Positions 25,215 to 33,689 of a DNA stretch of 64,000 nt are shown here, piece by piece. Position numbers and translations under genes: made by a program. Source of the stretch: a bacterium (lineage in GTDB: Bacteria > Actinomycetota > Acidimicrobiia > Acidimicrobiales > RAAP-2); the NCBI GenBank assembly GCA_027365055.1, contig DAHXOD010000001.1, positions 1,172 to 65,171 on the forward strand. The letters are read 5' to 3'. Positions within the stretch are counted from its first letter, which is position 1, and each line of letters begins with the position of its first letter. The notes beneath the pieces were generated by a model that saw only the letters and a program-made list of their open reading frames with translations, had not been told where the DNA came from and ran no database searches.

Positions 25215-25693
25215 GGATCGCACTGATTCCCGGATCGTTCGATCCGGTCCACAACGGTCACCTCGAGGTTGTCGAGCGCGCGGCGCGGCTGTTCGACGAG
25301 GTCGTGGTGGCCGCCCTCCGTAACCCGCAGAAGAGCGAGGCGCTGTTCGACCTCGACGAGCGGCGCGAGATGCTCGAAGCGTCCCTGGCCCATCTGGTCA
25401 ACGTCCGCATCGTGTCGGTGTCGACCCTGGTCGTCGACGTGGCTGCCGATGTGGGTGCCACCGCCATCGTGAAAGGGCTGCGTGCGGTCTCCGACTTCGA
25501 GAACGAGCTCCAGATGGCCCAGATGAACAAGCAGCTCTCAGGGGTGGAGACGCTCTTCATCCCCACCAGCTCGGCTCACTCGTTCATCGCGTCGCGCCTG
25601 CTCCGCGAAGTGGCTCGGTTCGGTGGCGACGTCACCGCCTTTGTGCCCAAGGCGGTCGCCGAGCGCCTCGAAGAGAAGTTCGCTGATGAGTGA
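25211..25693 (+). CDS. coaD: Phosphopantetheine adenylyltransferase
   Basis: RIALIPGSFDPVHNGHLEVVERA. The GTG start overlaps the rsmD stop (GTGA). Confidence 0.93.
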   Translation: MRIALIPGSFDPVHNGHLEVVERAARLFDEVVVAALRNPQKSEALFDLDERREMLEASLAHLVNVRIVSVSTLVVDVAADVGATAIVKGLRAVSDFENELQMAQMNKQLSGVETLFIPTSSAHSFIASRLLREVARFGGDVTAFVPKAVAERLEEKFADE

Positions 25694-26297
25694 GCTGTTC
25701 GACGATCTCGGCTCGTCCCGGCGGAGGCCGCAAGGCACCGACGCGGAGGCGTTCATCAAGGAGGCACTCGAACTGGTCCTGACGGCCAAGACCATGCCGC
25801 TGTCGGCTTCGGTGCTCATCTCGCGTGAAGAGGTGGCCGAGCTGCTCAACGGGGCGCTCGAGCGGTTGCCGGACGAGCTGCGCCAGGCCCGGTGGTTGCT
25901 GCGTGAACGCGACGAGTTCATCGCCGAAAAGAACCGAGAAGCGGACGCGCTCCTCGACGAGGTGCGGGTCCAGGCGGAGCGAATGGTCCAGCGCACCGAG
26001 ATCGTCCGTCAAGCCAATCACGTCGCCCAACGCATCCTCGACGATGCCAACGAGGAGGCTCGTCGGCTCCGCCACGAGGCCGAGGACTATGCCGATCAGA
26101 AGCTCGCGAGCTTCGAGATCGTGCTGGACCGGACGATGAAGACCGTCCAGGCCGGGCGCGAGAAGCTCCAGGTGACACCGCTGCCGCCGGTCGAGATCGG
26201 CGAGGGTGGCGAGACCACCATGGGAGTGTCGATCGACCCGGACGACGCCCTCGGAGCGACCGAGCCCGAAGGTTTCTTCGACCAAGATCTGGACTGA
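25686..26297 (+). CDS. Coiled-coil protein of unknown function (ATP-synthase-b/DivIVA-like heptads)
   Basis: In-frame ATG 25686 gives an 8-nt overlap with coaD. The sequence is a long charged helical region (..READALLDEVRVQAERMVQRTEIVRQANHVAQRILDDANEEARRLRHEAEDYADQKL..). Confidence 0.65.
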   Translation: MSELFDDLGSSRRRPQGTDAEAFIKEALELVLTAKTMPLSASVLISREEVAELLNGALERLPDELRQARWLLRERDEFIAEKNREADALLDEVRVQAERMVQRTEIVRQANHVAQRILDDANEEARRLRHEAEDYADQKLASFEIVLDRTMKTVQAGREKLQVTPLPPVEIGEGGETTMGVSIDPDDALGATEPEGFFDQDLD

Positions 26298-26303
26298 GCC
26301 GGC

Positions 26304-26864
26304 GTGACGGTGGGATCGCTCCATCCATTCGTCGTGCACGCGGCCTCGTTCCGCAAGGTGCCCGGCACCACGCGGCACGAGGCGCGCCATGGGGTCATCG
26401 ACGGGCTGGGGATACTCGGGGTCTCCGTGCCTCCGGGGGCGGAACTGGAGGTCGAGGTCACGCTCTCCTCATATCCCGGCGGAGTGATGGCGACCGGCTC
26501 GGTTTCGGCTCCCTGGCAGGCGGAATGCCGGCGCTGCGGCGGTCCGGTGCGCGGTCGCGTGCAGGCCGACGTGCGCGAGCGATTCCGCTTCGGAGGTCCA
26601 GGGGCGGCAGCCGGCATGTCGGTCGGAGAAGACGAGGACGCCTACCTGATCGAGGACGATCTGCTCGACCTCGAACCCCTGGCCAGGGATGCGGTGCTGC
26701 TCGACCTTCCGCTGGCACCGGTCTGTCGCACAGACTGTCAGGGGTTGTGTCCCCAATGCGGAGCGGATCTCAACCGTGGCGCGTGCGGCTGCGCACCTGC
26801 GGCCGATCCACGCTGGTCCGTGCTGGATGCGCTCCGTGACGGGAGTGGTGACGGCTTGACCTAG
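26304..26864 (+). CDS. YceD/DUF177 family protein
   Basis: The C-terminal CRTDCQGLCPQCGADLN motif and its position directly upstream of rpmF are both diagnostic of DUF177. Confidence 0.85.
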   Translation: MTVGSLHPFVVHAASFRKVPGTTRHEARHGVIDGLGILGVSVPPGAELEVEVTLSSYPGGVMATGSVSAPWQAECRRCGGPVRGRVQADVRERFRFGGPGAAAGMSVGEDEDAYLIEDDLLDLEPLARDAVLLDLPLAPVCRTDCQGLCPQCGADLNRGACGCAPAADPRWSVLDALRDGSGDGLT

Positions 26865-26876
26865 AATGCCGTCCCT

Positions 26877-27056
26877 ATGGCCGTCCCGAAGAAGAAGACC
26901 TCGAAGTCGAAGAGCCGCAGCCGCAGGGCGTCCAACTGGGTACTGCGGACTCCGGCTCGCTCGGTGTGCCCGCAATGCACCACGGCGAAGCTCCCCCACG
27001 TCGTCTGCCCGAACTGCGGGTGGTACAAGGGCCGCCAGGCGATCGACGTCGACTAG
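26877..27056 (+). CDS. rpmF: 50S ribosomal protein L32 (Zn-ribbon C+ form)
   Basis: This gene is not in the supplied ORF track (59 aa). My own translation is MAVPKKKTSKSKSRSRRASNWVLRTPARSVCPQCTTAKLPHVVCPNCGWYKGRQAIDVD, ending at TAG 27054-27056. Confidence 0.92.
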   Translation: MAVPKKKTSKSKSRSRRASNWVLRTPARSVCPQCTTAKLPHVVCPNCGWYKGRQAIDVD

Positions 27057-28144
27057 TGGCCCGTGCCCCACGGCCGACCGGTTCCGCGTTGGCCAAGCTT
27101 CCGGTCGCCGTCGACGCCATGGGTGGCGACCGAGCGCCCGGGGAGATCGTGGCTGGGGCTCGTCAGGCTTCACAGGCCGGCATTGCGGTGCTGTTGGTCG
27201 GGCGCCCCGGGGGGATGGGTGCAACCGGGGGGCTTCCCGAGTTGGCCGCGTCTGAGGTCATCGGGATGGATGACGATCCGGCCCAGGGGGTGCGGCGGAA
27301 GAAGGACTCGTCGTTGGTGCGGGCGGCGGAGGCGGTACGCGATGGAGCGGCGATGGCCATGGTCTCCGCCGGCAACACCGGAGCGACGATGGCCTCGGCC
27401 CTGCTCCGCATGGGCCGCCTGCCCGGCGTGCTGCGTCCGGCGATCGCCACGCCCATCCCCAACCCGGGAACGGGACGACCACCCACGGTGCTGCTCGACT
27501 CCGGTGCCAACGCCGAATGCAGCGCCGACATGCTTGTCCAATTCGCCCGGATGGGAGCGGCCTTCTCACGGAAGCGATACGGGGTCGAGCTGCCGACGGT
27601 CGCGCTGCTGTCGATCGGCGAGGAGAAGTCGAAGGGCACCCCGCTGGAGAAGGAGACCCACAGCCGGTTGGCGGCAGGCGAAGGGGGCGGTGGGCTCCGG
27701 TTCGTCGGCAACGTGGAGGGGCGCGACTTCTTCCGCGGACAGGCCGATGTGATAGTCACCGACGGCTTCACCGGGAACGTGGCGCTGAAGACGATGGAGG
27801 GATCGATGCGTTTCCTGATCGGTTCCCTGACGGAGCTCCTCGGTCGACCCGGTCTGGCCCAGGCCGCAGAGGCAGTGATCCCCGCGCTGCTGCCCCTGGC
27901 TCAGGAGCTCGAACCCGAGGCGACGGGTGGGGCGATGTTGCTCGGGGTGGACGGAGTCTGTGTGATCAGCCACGGATCGTCGTCGGCAGTGGCCATCGTG
28001 AACGCCATCACCGTGGCCCACGACCTCGCCGTCGGCGGCCTGGTCGAAGCCGTGGCGGAGGCCATCGCGGAGTCCGTGGTGGTTGGGACGACGGAGGCGG
28101 CCCTGGAATCTGACCCCCCGGAGAAGCCGACCCCTCAGGGATGA
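27056..28144 (+). CDS. plsX: Phosphate acyltransferase PlsX
   Basis: VAVDAMGGDRAP..., NTGA.MA and TDGFTGNVALKT motifs. Start is GTG 27056 (sharing 1 nt with the rpmF stop) or TTG 27089. The track start at 26966 lies inside rpmF. Confidence 0.9.
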   Translation: MARAPRPTGSALAKLPVAVDAMGGDRAPGEIVAGARQASQAGIAVLLVGRPGGMGATGGLPELAASEVIGMDDDPAQGVRRKKDSSLVRAAEAVRDGAAMAMVSAGNTGATMASALLRMGRLPGVLRPAIATPIPNPGTGRPPTVLLDSGANAECSADMLVQFARMGAAFSRKRYGVELPTVALLSIGEEKSKGTPLEKETHSRLAAGEGGGGLRFVGNVEGRDFFRGQADVIVTDGFTGNVALKTMEGSMRFLIGSLTELLGRPGLAQAAEAVIPALLPLAQELEPEATGGAMLLGVDGVCVISHGSSSAVAIVNAITVAHDLAVGGLVEAVAEAIAESVVVGTTEAALESDPPEKPTPQG

Positions 28145-28171
28145 CGCCGAGCGTGCTCTGGCTGCTGGCGG

Positions 28172-28207
28172 GCGAGGACTGTGCTGGAGTGCGAGGACTG
28201 TGCTGGA
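28172..28207. repeat. Tandem duplication, 17-bp core (gcgaggactgtgctgga) x2 with a 19-bp period
   Basis: 28172-28188 equals 28191-28207. It lies in the convergent plsX/SDR intergenic region. Confidence 0.9.
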
Positions 28208-28227
28208 AGCACCGCGCACGGCGTTGC

Positions 28228-29094
28228 TCAGGGGAGGTGGTAGCCGGCCTCGGTGATCAGCGACTCGGTGACCGCCCACAGTCGGGCGGCAGCCGCATCC
28301 GATCGGGCCTGGGCCGACATCCGAGCGGGTCGGGACCGGGCGTAGTAACCCCCGGACGCGCCGTGCACCTCGGGTGAGGCGGCCAGGTAGACCGACGTGG
28401 CGGCTCCCGCCTTGGCGGTGATCTCGAACGGTCGGAACAGCCGGTTCCCCCATCCGGCGACGCCGCTGAGGTCGCCGTCCATACCGAAGCCGCTGCGGAC
28501 CGGCCCCGGATGCGCGGCGTTGGCGGTGACCGTGGTGTCCGATAGGTGATCGGCCAGGGCCCGGGTGAACAGGATATTGGCCAGCTTGGACTGACTGTAG
28601 GCGCCGAACGGCGTGTACCGCTTTTCGCTCTGCAGGTCGTCCCAGTGGATGCCGGCGAAGGCGGCGCGGTGGGCGAAGGACGACACCGTGACGATACGGC
28701 CCGCATCGGACTGGCGGAGGCGGTCGAGGAGCAGGGCGGTCAGGTAGAAGGGTCCGACGTGGTTGACCCCGAAGGTCTGCTCCATGCCCTGGGCGGTGGT
28801 GTGTCGAGACGACCAGATTCCCCCGGCGTTGTTGATCAGCACGTCGATCCGGTCCCACCGGGCGAGGACGTCGGCGGCACAGCGTTCGACGGATGTCAGG
28901 TCGGCAAGGTCGAGCTCGGCAATATGCACGTCCGGGGACCCCGAGGCGGCGCGCACGTCGGCCGCGGCTGACTCTGCCTTGGCGCGGTCGCGGCACGCGA
29001 GCACGGTGGTGGCACCGAGGATGGCGAGCGCGATGGCCGTCTCCTTCCCGATCCCCGAGTTCCCTCCGGTGACGACGACGACCCGTTCGTGCAT
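28228..29094 (-). CDS. SDR-family oxidoreductase (retinol-dehydrogenase-like)
   Basis: VVVVTGGNSGIGKETA, NNAG, and Y..SK catalytic motifs. Confidence 0.85.
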   Translation of the reverse strand: MHERVVVVTGGNSGIGKETAIALAILGATTVLACRDRAKAESAAADVRAASGSPDVHIAELDLADLTSVERCAADVLARWDRIDVLINNAGGIWSSRHTTAQGMEQTFGVNHVGPFYLTALLLDRLRQSDAGRIVTVSSFAHRAAFAGIHWDDLQSEKRYTPFGAYSQSKLANILFTRALADHLSDTTVTANAAHPGPVRSGFGMDGDLSGVAGWGNRLFRPFEITAKAGAATSVYLAASPEVHGASGGYYARSRPARMSAQARSDAAAARLWAVTESLITEAGYHLP

Positions 29095-29115
29095 GGCAAC
29101 CTCCTGGTGGGCCGA

Positions 29116-30348
29116 TCAGCCGGCGAGTAGATCCTTGGCGATGTGGGTGACTTGGATCTCGTCGGTCCCGGCGTAGATCTGGAACACCTTGGCGTCGCGG
29201 GCGAGCTGCTCCACCCGGTACTCGGCCATGTAGCCGTTCCCCCCGAACAGCTGCACTGCCTCCATGGCGACCTCGGACGCGGCCTGGGCCGAGTAGAGCT
29301 TCATTGCGGACGCCTCGGCCAGGGTGAGGCTCTTTCCGGCAGCCGAGGTCTCGATGTGGCGGAAGACCAGGTTCTGTACGTTGAGCCGGGCAACCTCCAT
29401 CTTCGCCAGCTTCAACTGGACGAGCTGGCGCTCCCCGATCGGCCGGCCCCAGAGGACCCGGCTCCTCGCGTACTCCACCGAGAGCTTCAGGCACTCTTCG
29501 ATCAGACCGAGCGCCATGGCGGCCAGTCCGGCCCGTTCGGTGACGAAGTTGCCCTTGGCCGACTCGCGCCCACTCTGCGCGGTGCCTTCGGTCTCGCCGA
29601 GCAGCCGGTCCTTGCTCACCCGCACGTCGGTGAGGAAGAGCTCTCCGGTCGGTGACGAATGGAGACCCATCTTGCGAAACGGTGCCGATTGGACCAGGCC
29701 GGGCATGCCCTTGTCGAGCACGAAGGTGAGGACCTGCCGGTCACGCAGAGGGGTGTCCGACCCGTCGTCGAGCTTGGCGTAGAGGACAATGGTGTCCGCG
29801 TAGGGGCCGTTGGTGATGAAGGTCTTGTTGCCGTTCAGAAGGTACTCGTCACCGTCGCGGCGGGCCGAGGTGCGCATACCTCCGAGTGCGTCCGAGCCCG
29901 AATCGGGTTCGGTGATGGCCCAGGCACCGATGGTGTCGAACGTGAGCAGGTCAAGTCCCCACCGTTCCAGTTGGGCGGGAGTGCCCTGCTTCATGATGGT
30001 GCCGGCGGCCAGACCCAGGCTCACACCCATCGCGGTGACGATGCCCGGGCAGTAGCGGCACAGCTCGATGATGGGGATGAGCGTCATGGCAGCCGCCCCG
30101 CCGTCCCCGGCGCGCTCCTCGCGTTCGGCGTCCGACTCCGTTGCGCCGGCGCGCTTGCGATCGAGTTGCTTCTTGAACCGGTCGCGGGCCATCTGGTCCA
30201 TGCCGAACGTCGCCTGCATCTTCCGGATGATGTCGTAAGGGGCCAAGTCGCCGTGTTCGAGCTCGTCGATATGGGGCACCACTTCGGCGTCGATGAACCG
30301 CCGGACTGCGTCACGCACCATCAACTGTTCGTCTGACCATTCGAACAT
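29116..30348 (-). CDS. Acyl-CoA dehydrogenase
   Basis: 410-aa ORF with a GGAGAGGAGA SD upstream. It contains WAITEPDSGSDA.. and ..IYAGTDEIQ... It has an unusual charged insert near residue 55-90. Confidence 0.85.
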   Translation of the reverse strand: MFEWSDEQLMVRDAVRRFIDAEVVPHIDELEHGDLAPYDIIRKMQATFGMDQMARDRFKKQLDRKRAGATESDAEREERAGDGGAAAMTLIPIIELCRYCPGIVTAMGVSLGLAAGTIMKQGTPAQLERWGLDLLTFDTIGAWAITEPDSGSDALGGMRTSARRDGDEYLLNGNKTFITNGPYADTIVLYAKLDDGSDTPLRDRQVLTFVLDKGMPGLVQSAPFRKMGLHSSPTGELFLTDVRVSKDRLLGETEGTAQSGRESAKGNFVTERAGLAAMALGLIEECLKLSVEYARSRVLWGRPIGERQLVQLKLAKMEVARLNVQNLVFRHIETSAAGKSLTLAEASAMKLYSAQAASEVAMEAVQLFGGNGYMAEYRVEQLARDAKVFQIYAGTDEIQVTHIAKDLLAG

Positions 30349-30375
30349 GGGGGTCTCCTCTCCGGGACTCGGACA

Positions 30376-30433
30376 CCGGCTGCGTCCGGCTGCGTCCGGC
30401 TGCGTCCGGCTGCGTCCGGCTGCGTCCGGCTGC
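30376..30433. repeat. 10-bp tandem repeat (ccggctgcgt) x5.8, perfect
   Basis: Read directly from the sequence. It occupies 58 of the 121 bp between the divergent acyl-CoA dehydrogenase and haemoglobin genes. Confidence 0.95.
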
Positions 30434-30469
30434 CATGAGGCTATCCGAGGATGTCGTACGCTCCTCTCC

Positions 30470-30871
30470 GTGCGTCCGGTCCGATGGTCAGGGAAGCAGA
30501 GGGAGACGGCCTACGAGCGGTGGGGTGGGGCACCGTTCTTCGAGGCACTGGTGGACCGGTTCTATCAGGGCGTCGAGAACGACCCGCGGTTGCGGCCGAT
30601 GTACCCCGACGACCTGGCTGACTCGCGACGGCACCTGGCCCTCTTCCTCGGGCAGTACTGGGGCGGACCGGCCGACTACGACGCGCTGCGGGGAGCACCT
30701 CGCCTGCGGCTGCGGCATGCGCCGTTCACCGTGGGCCCGGCGGAGGCCGAGGCGTGGATGGAGCACATGACCGAGGCGGTGGAGTCCGCCCCGATGGAGC
30801 CCGCCGACCGGGGCGAGCTCCTCGAGTACTTCGCTATGGCGGCCCGGAACCTGGTGAACTCGGGCCCCTGA
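30470..30871 (+). CDS. glbO: Group II truncated haemoglobin (GlbO/trHbO-like)
   Basis: ..FFEALVDRFYQGVENDPRLRPMYPDDLADSRRHLALFLGQYWGGP.DY...RG.PRLR.RHAPF is collinear with my memory of mycobacterial GlbO. GTG 30470 is the first plausible in-frame start after the repeat. Confidence 0.8.
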   Translation: MRPVRWSGKQRETAYERWGGAPFFEALVDRFYQGVENDPRLRPMYPDDLADSRRHLALFLGQYWGGPADYDALRGAPRLRLRHAPFTVGPAEAEAWMEHMTEAVESAPMEPADRGELLEYFAMAARNLVNSGP

Positions 30872-30899
30872 CCGTCCCGGCGTCGGCGCAGGACACCGA

Positions 30900-31688
30900 T
30901 CACCACGTGATGCCGAGGACGGCCCGCATGGCGTGCTCGAAGGCGGCATCGTCGAGACTCGCACGGGCGGAGAGTACGGTCACGCTGTCGGCGCCCACCG
31001 CTACGCGTAACGGCGTCTCGGGATCCTCGATGGCGCGGCGTACGGCTTCGGCGACCCCTTCGGGACCAGGTCGACCGGTGGGACCGTTGATGGCGTCGTC
31101 GGTCCCTTCCCACTGCGCCCACAGGTCGCGGTAGACCGGATCTCCTACGTGATCGCCGGTCCGTTTCATCCCGGGCGCGGTGTAGCCCGGCTCGATGACC
31201 ACAACCCGGATGCCGAAGTGGGACAGCTCGTAGTGGAGTGCCTCCGAGATGGCTTCGAGGGCGAACTTGGACGCGGCGTACGCTCCTTCGAGCGGGGTCC
31301 CGACCTTTCCCTGGATGGAGCTGATGTTCACGATCACCCCGCTGCCCCGGGCGCGCCACGAGGGGAGCAACGGCTGGAGCAGGCGCACCGGCCCGATGGT
31401 GTTGGTGTCGAGGATCTGGCGCATCTGGTCGATCGGGAACGATTCGAGCGGCCCCTTCGCGGCCAGTGCGGCGTTGTTCACCACCGCGTCCAGCTCGCCC
31501 GCCGATGCCAGCGCTTCGGCGATCGAGGCATCGTCGTTGACGTCGAGCGGCAGCCGAAGGGACACGTCGAGGTCGGCCAGGGTCGACGGATCCCGAGCGG
31601 TGGCGACGACGTGATGACCGGCTCCGGCAAGGGTGTTGGCGATGGCTGCGCCGATGGCTCGACCGGCGCCGGTGACGAGGATGCGCAT
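30900..31688 (-). CDS. SDR-family oxidoreductase
   Basis: MRILVTGAGRAIG.., NNAA, and YAASKFA. The internal ATG 31688 is used as the start. Confidence 0.82.
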   Translation of the reverse strand: MRILVTGAGRAIGAAIANTLAGAGHHVVATARDPSTLADLDVSLRLPLDVNDDASIAEALASAGELDAVVNNAALAAKGPLESFPIDQMRQILDTNTIGPVRLLQPLLPSWRARGSGVIVNISSIQGKVGTPLEGAYAASKFALEAISEALHYELSHFGIRVVVIEPGYTAPGMKRTGDHVGDPVYRDLWAQWEGTDDAINGPTGRPGPEGVAEAVRRAIEDPETPLRVAVGADSVTVLSARASLDDAAFEHAMRAVLGITW

Positions 31689-31797
31689 CGGGACAGGGTA
31701 GGGCACCGATCCCCGATCGAGCGCTGGTCCTCCGTCCGACCGGTCGGCGTCTCCACGGACCGCTGGCACTCTCCGGCCGCGCGCCTACCCTTGACCC

Positions 31798-32532
31798 ATG
31801 ACAACTGATGAGCTGCTGGCACTGGCCTGTCCGAGGATCGGCGATCTGGGGTGGGCGTTCTACTTCGCTCCGGGCACCGTGGCCAAGGGTGAGGCGCTCG
31901 GACTCGACGTCTTCCACTTCTACTTCCTGGGGCGGGGCGGGGTGCTCGGGGACGTGGAGCCCGAGGTGATCGTGAGCGCGTTCGGGTACTTCAATCCGGC
32001 AGTTGTCGCTCAGATGTGGAACGAGGGCAAGGCGATTATGGCCCCGCGCGACGCAGCTCGTGCGTATGCGGCCTGCTGCGCCGACTTCGGACGGGAGCAG
32101 TTGGCCGGTGTCGACGGGCTGGTGCCGTTCTGCCGGGCCGCCGAGCAGGTGGTGGAGGCCGCCGATCCGGTCGGGCTGTCGCTGTTTGCCGGGTATCGCT
32201 CTGAACCAGTGGTCGAGGACGTCGCCGGCCGCACCCTTCAGCTTCTGGCTGTGCTGCGCGAGTTTCGGGGAAGTGCCCACGTGCTGGCCATCCGGGCATG
32301 CGGCCTTGATGCGAAGACCGCCCATTTCATCAAGCGCCCGAACGACGTCGCCATGTTCGGCTGGTCGGAGGACGATCCTCCGGTCATCGGGACACCGCAG
32401 ATCGAGGCCCTGGCCCGAGCGGAAGCGCTGACCGATGCTCTGGTGCGTGACGCCTACGGCGTGCTCGACGAGTCGGGCTCGCGTTCGCTGCTGGCTGGGC
32501 TCGACGGGATCCAGGCAGCACTCGCCCCCTGA
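31798..32532 (+). CDS. Conserved hypothetical helical protein (resembles actinobacterial 'SCO6745-family' proteins, from memory)
   Basis: 244-aa ORF with good GC3. It contains ..FYFLGRGGVLGDV..VLREFRGSAHV... No function is known. Confidence 0.6.
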   Translation: MTTDELLALACPRIGDLGWAFYFAPGTVAKGEALGLDVFHFYFLGRGGVLGDVEPEVIVSAFGYFNPAVVAQMWNEGKAIMAPRDAARAYAACCADFGREQLAGVDGLVPFCRAAEQVVEAADPVGLSLFAGYRSEPVVEDVAGRTLQLLAVLREFRGSAHVLAIRACGLDAKTAHFIKRPNDVAMFGWSEDDPPVIGTPQIEALARAEALTDALVRDAYGVLDESGSRSLLAGLDGIQAALAP

Positions 32533-33689
32533 GCGTTGTGAGCGCGGTCGCCGCCACGGCGGGTGACGTCGACCGATACGTCGAGGGCGACAGCACCGGC
32601 CGGGCCACCCATCGATCGGGTTCGTCGTCGATCTGCCTGCGTACCGCCGCCAGCTCGACCGGGGACGCCCGGCTCCCGACCACGATCCCGTGGCCCCCCG
32701 ATCCCCCGATCCGCCGGTCCGCCGGTCGGCTTGACCACCAGGTGCTCCAGACGCCCGAGGACCGTCCGCCGGACGCGTGGCTCGCTGCACCGGAAGGTGG
32801 GCACGTTGGCCGGAAGGGGTTCCTCGTCGAGGAAGAAACGGATGATGTCGGGGACGAAGGCAGAGATCCCTTTGTCGTCCGCCACTCCGGCTCCCGGGGC
32901 GTTGACCAGGCTGACTCGGCCCGCCTGCCAGGATCACGTCAGCCCTGGAACGCCGAGGAGCGAGTCGGCCTGGAAGGTCTCCGGGTCCAAGAAGAGATCG
33001 TCCTCTCGGCGGTAGACGACGTCGACCCTTACCGGACCCTCGGTCGTGCGGACGGAGAGGCAGTCGTCGTCGAAGACCGCCAGGTCATCGTTTTCGACCA
33101 GCTCGACACCGAACTGTTGCGGCAAAAAGGCGTGCTCGGCGTGTGCCGAATTGTCGACGCCCGGCGTGGGCACCACGATGGTCGGGTCACCCGGGGAGGG
33201 GGACACGGATGCCAACCGGGCGGCCAACCGCTCGATGAACGGGGCCACCGGCTCGCTGCTGTAGTGGCGGAACAGCTCGGGGAAGGCGTGCTTGGCGACG
33301 AGCCGGTTCTCGAGCAGGTACGACATGCCCGACGGAACCCGAAGGTTGTCCTCGAGCACGGAGAGCGTGCCGTCTGCGTCCCTCACCAGGTCGCTTCCGC
33401 AGAGATGGGCCCAGATGCCACCGGCCGGATCGACCCCGATGCACTCGGGTCGGAAGTTGGGAGCACCGGTGACCAACTCGGCCGGCACCACCCCGGCGGC
33501 CACCGCTCGTTGATCGTGGTACACGTCGTCGATGAAGAGATTGAGGGCGTTGAGCCACTGGACCAGTCCGATCTCGGTGAACAGGCGCCAGAGTGCCTCC
33601 GCCCATGGGCCACCGCGGTTGCCGGCGTGTTTCCACTTGGTGAACCCGACCGGGTGAACCCGTCGCACCGACCGGCCGGCGCTGATCAA
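32533..33689 (-). pseudogene. Decayed circularly permuted type-2 ATP-grasp gene (DUF404/DUF407-like)
   Basis: Family-like segments are LNALNLFIDDVYHDQ, SVLEDNLRVPSGMSYLLENR and NAPGAGVADDKGISAFVPDIIRFFL. The gene carries four lesions. There is an in-frame TGA at 32934-32936. There is a +16-nt frameshift from two 8-bp tandem duplications (32695-32726). About 80 N-terminal codons are missing. The C-terminal part is also missing, and similarity fades near 32590. Confidence 0.75.
32695..32726. repeat. Two back-to-back perfect 8-bp tandem duplications (cccccgat x2, ccgccggt x2) that frameshift the ATP-grasp gene
   Basis: Removing one copy of each restores VVKPTGGSGGHGIVVG, the expected family motif, in a single frame. 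Confidence 0.85.

Noticed and set aside
30376-30433. Tandem arrays (here and at 49543-49590 and 35713-35775) as CRISPR arrays.
   Set aside because: The units are contiguous with no unique spacers. The unit lengths (10-33 bp periods) and copy numbers do not fit CRISPR, and there are no cas genes.
32934-32936. In-frame TGA in the ATP-grasp gene as a possible selenocysteine or readthrough codon.
   Set aside because: The aligned position in the family is not Cys. I see no convincing SECIS-like hairpin immediately downstream. The same gene also has a frameshift and truncations, so a nonsense mutation is the simpler reading.
30676-32937. 753-aa minus-strand ORF.
   Set aside because: It runs antisense or out of frame through glbO, an SDR gene and the hypothetical gene. 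It touches a third frame of the ATP-grasp pseudogene only by chance, and its product is Arg-rich junk.
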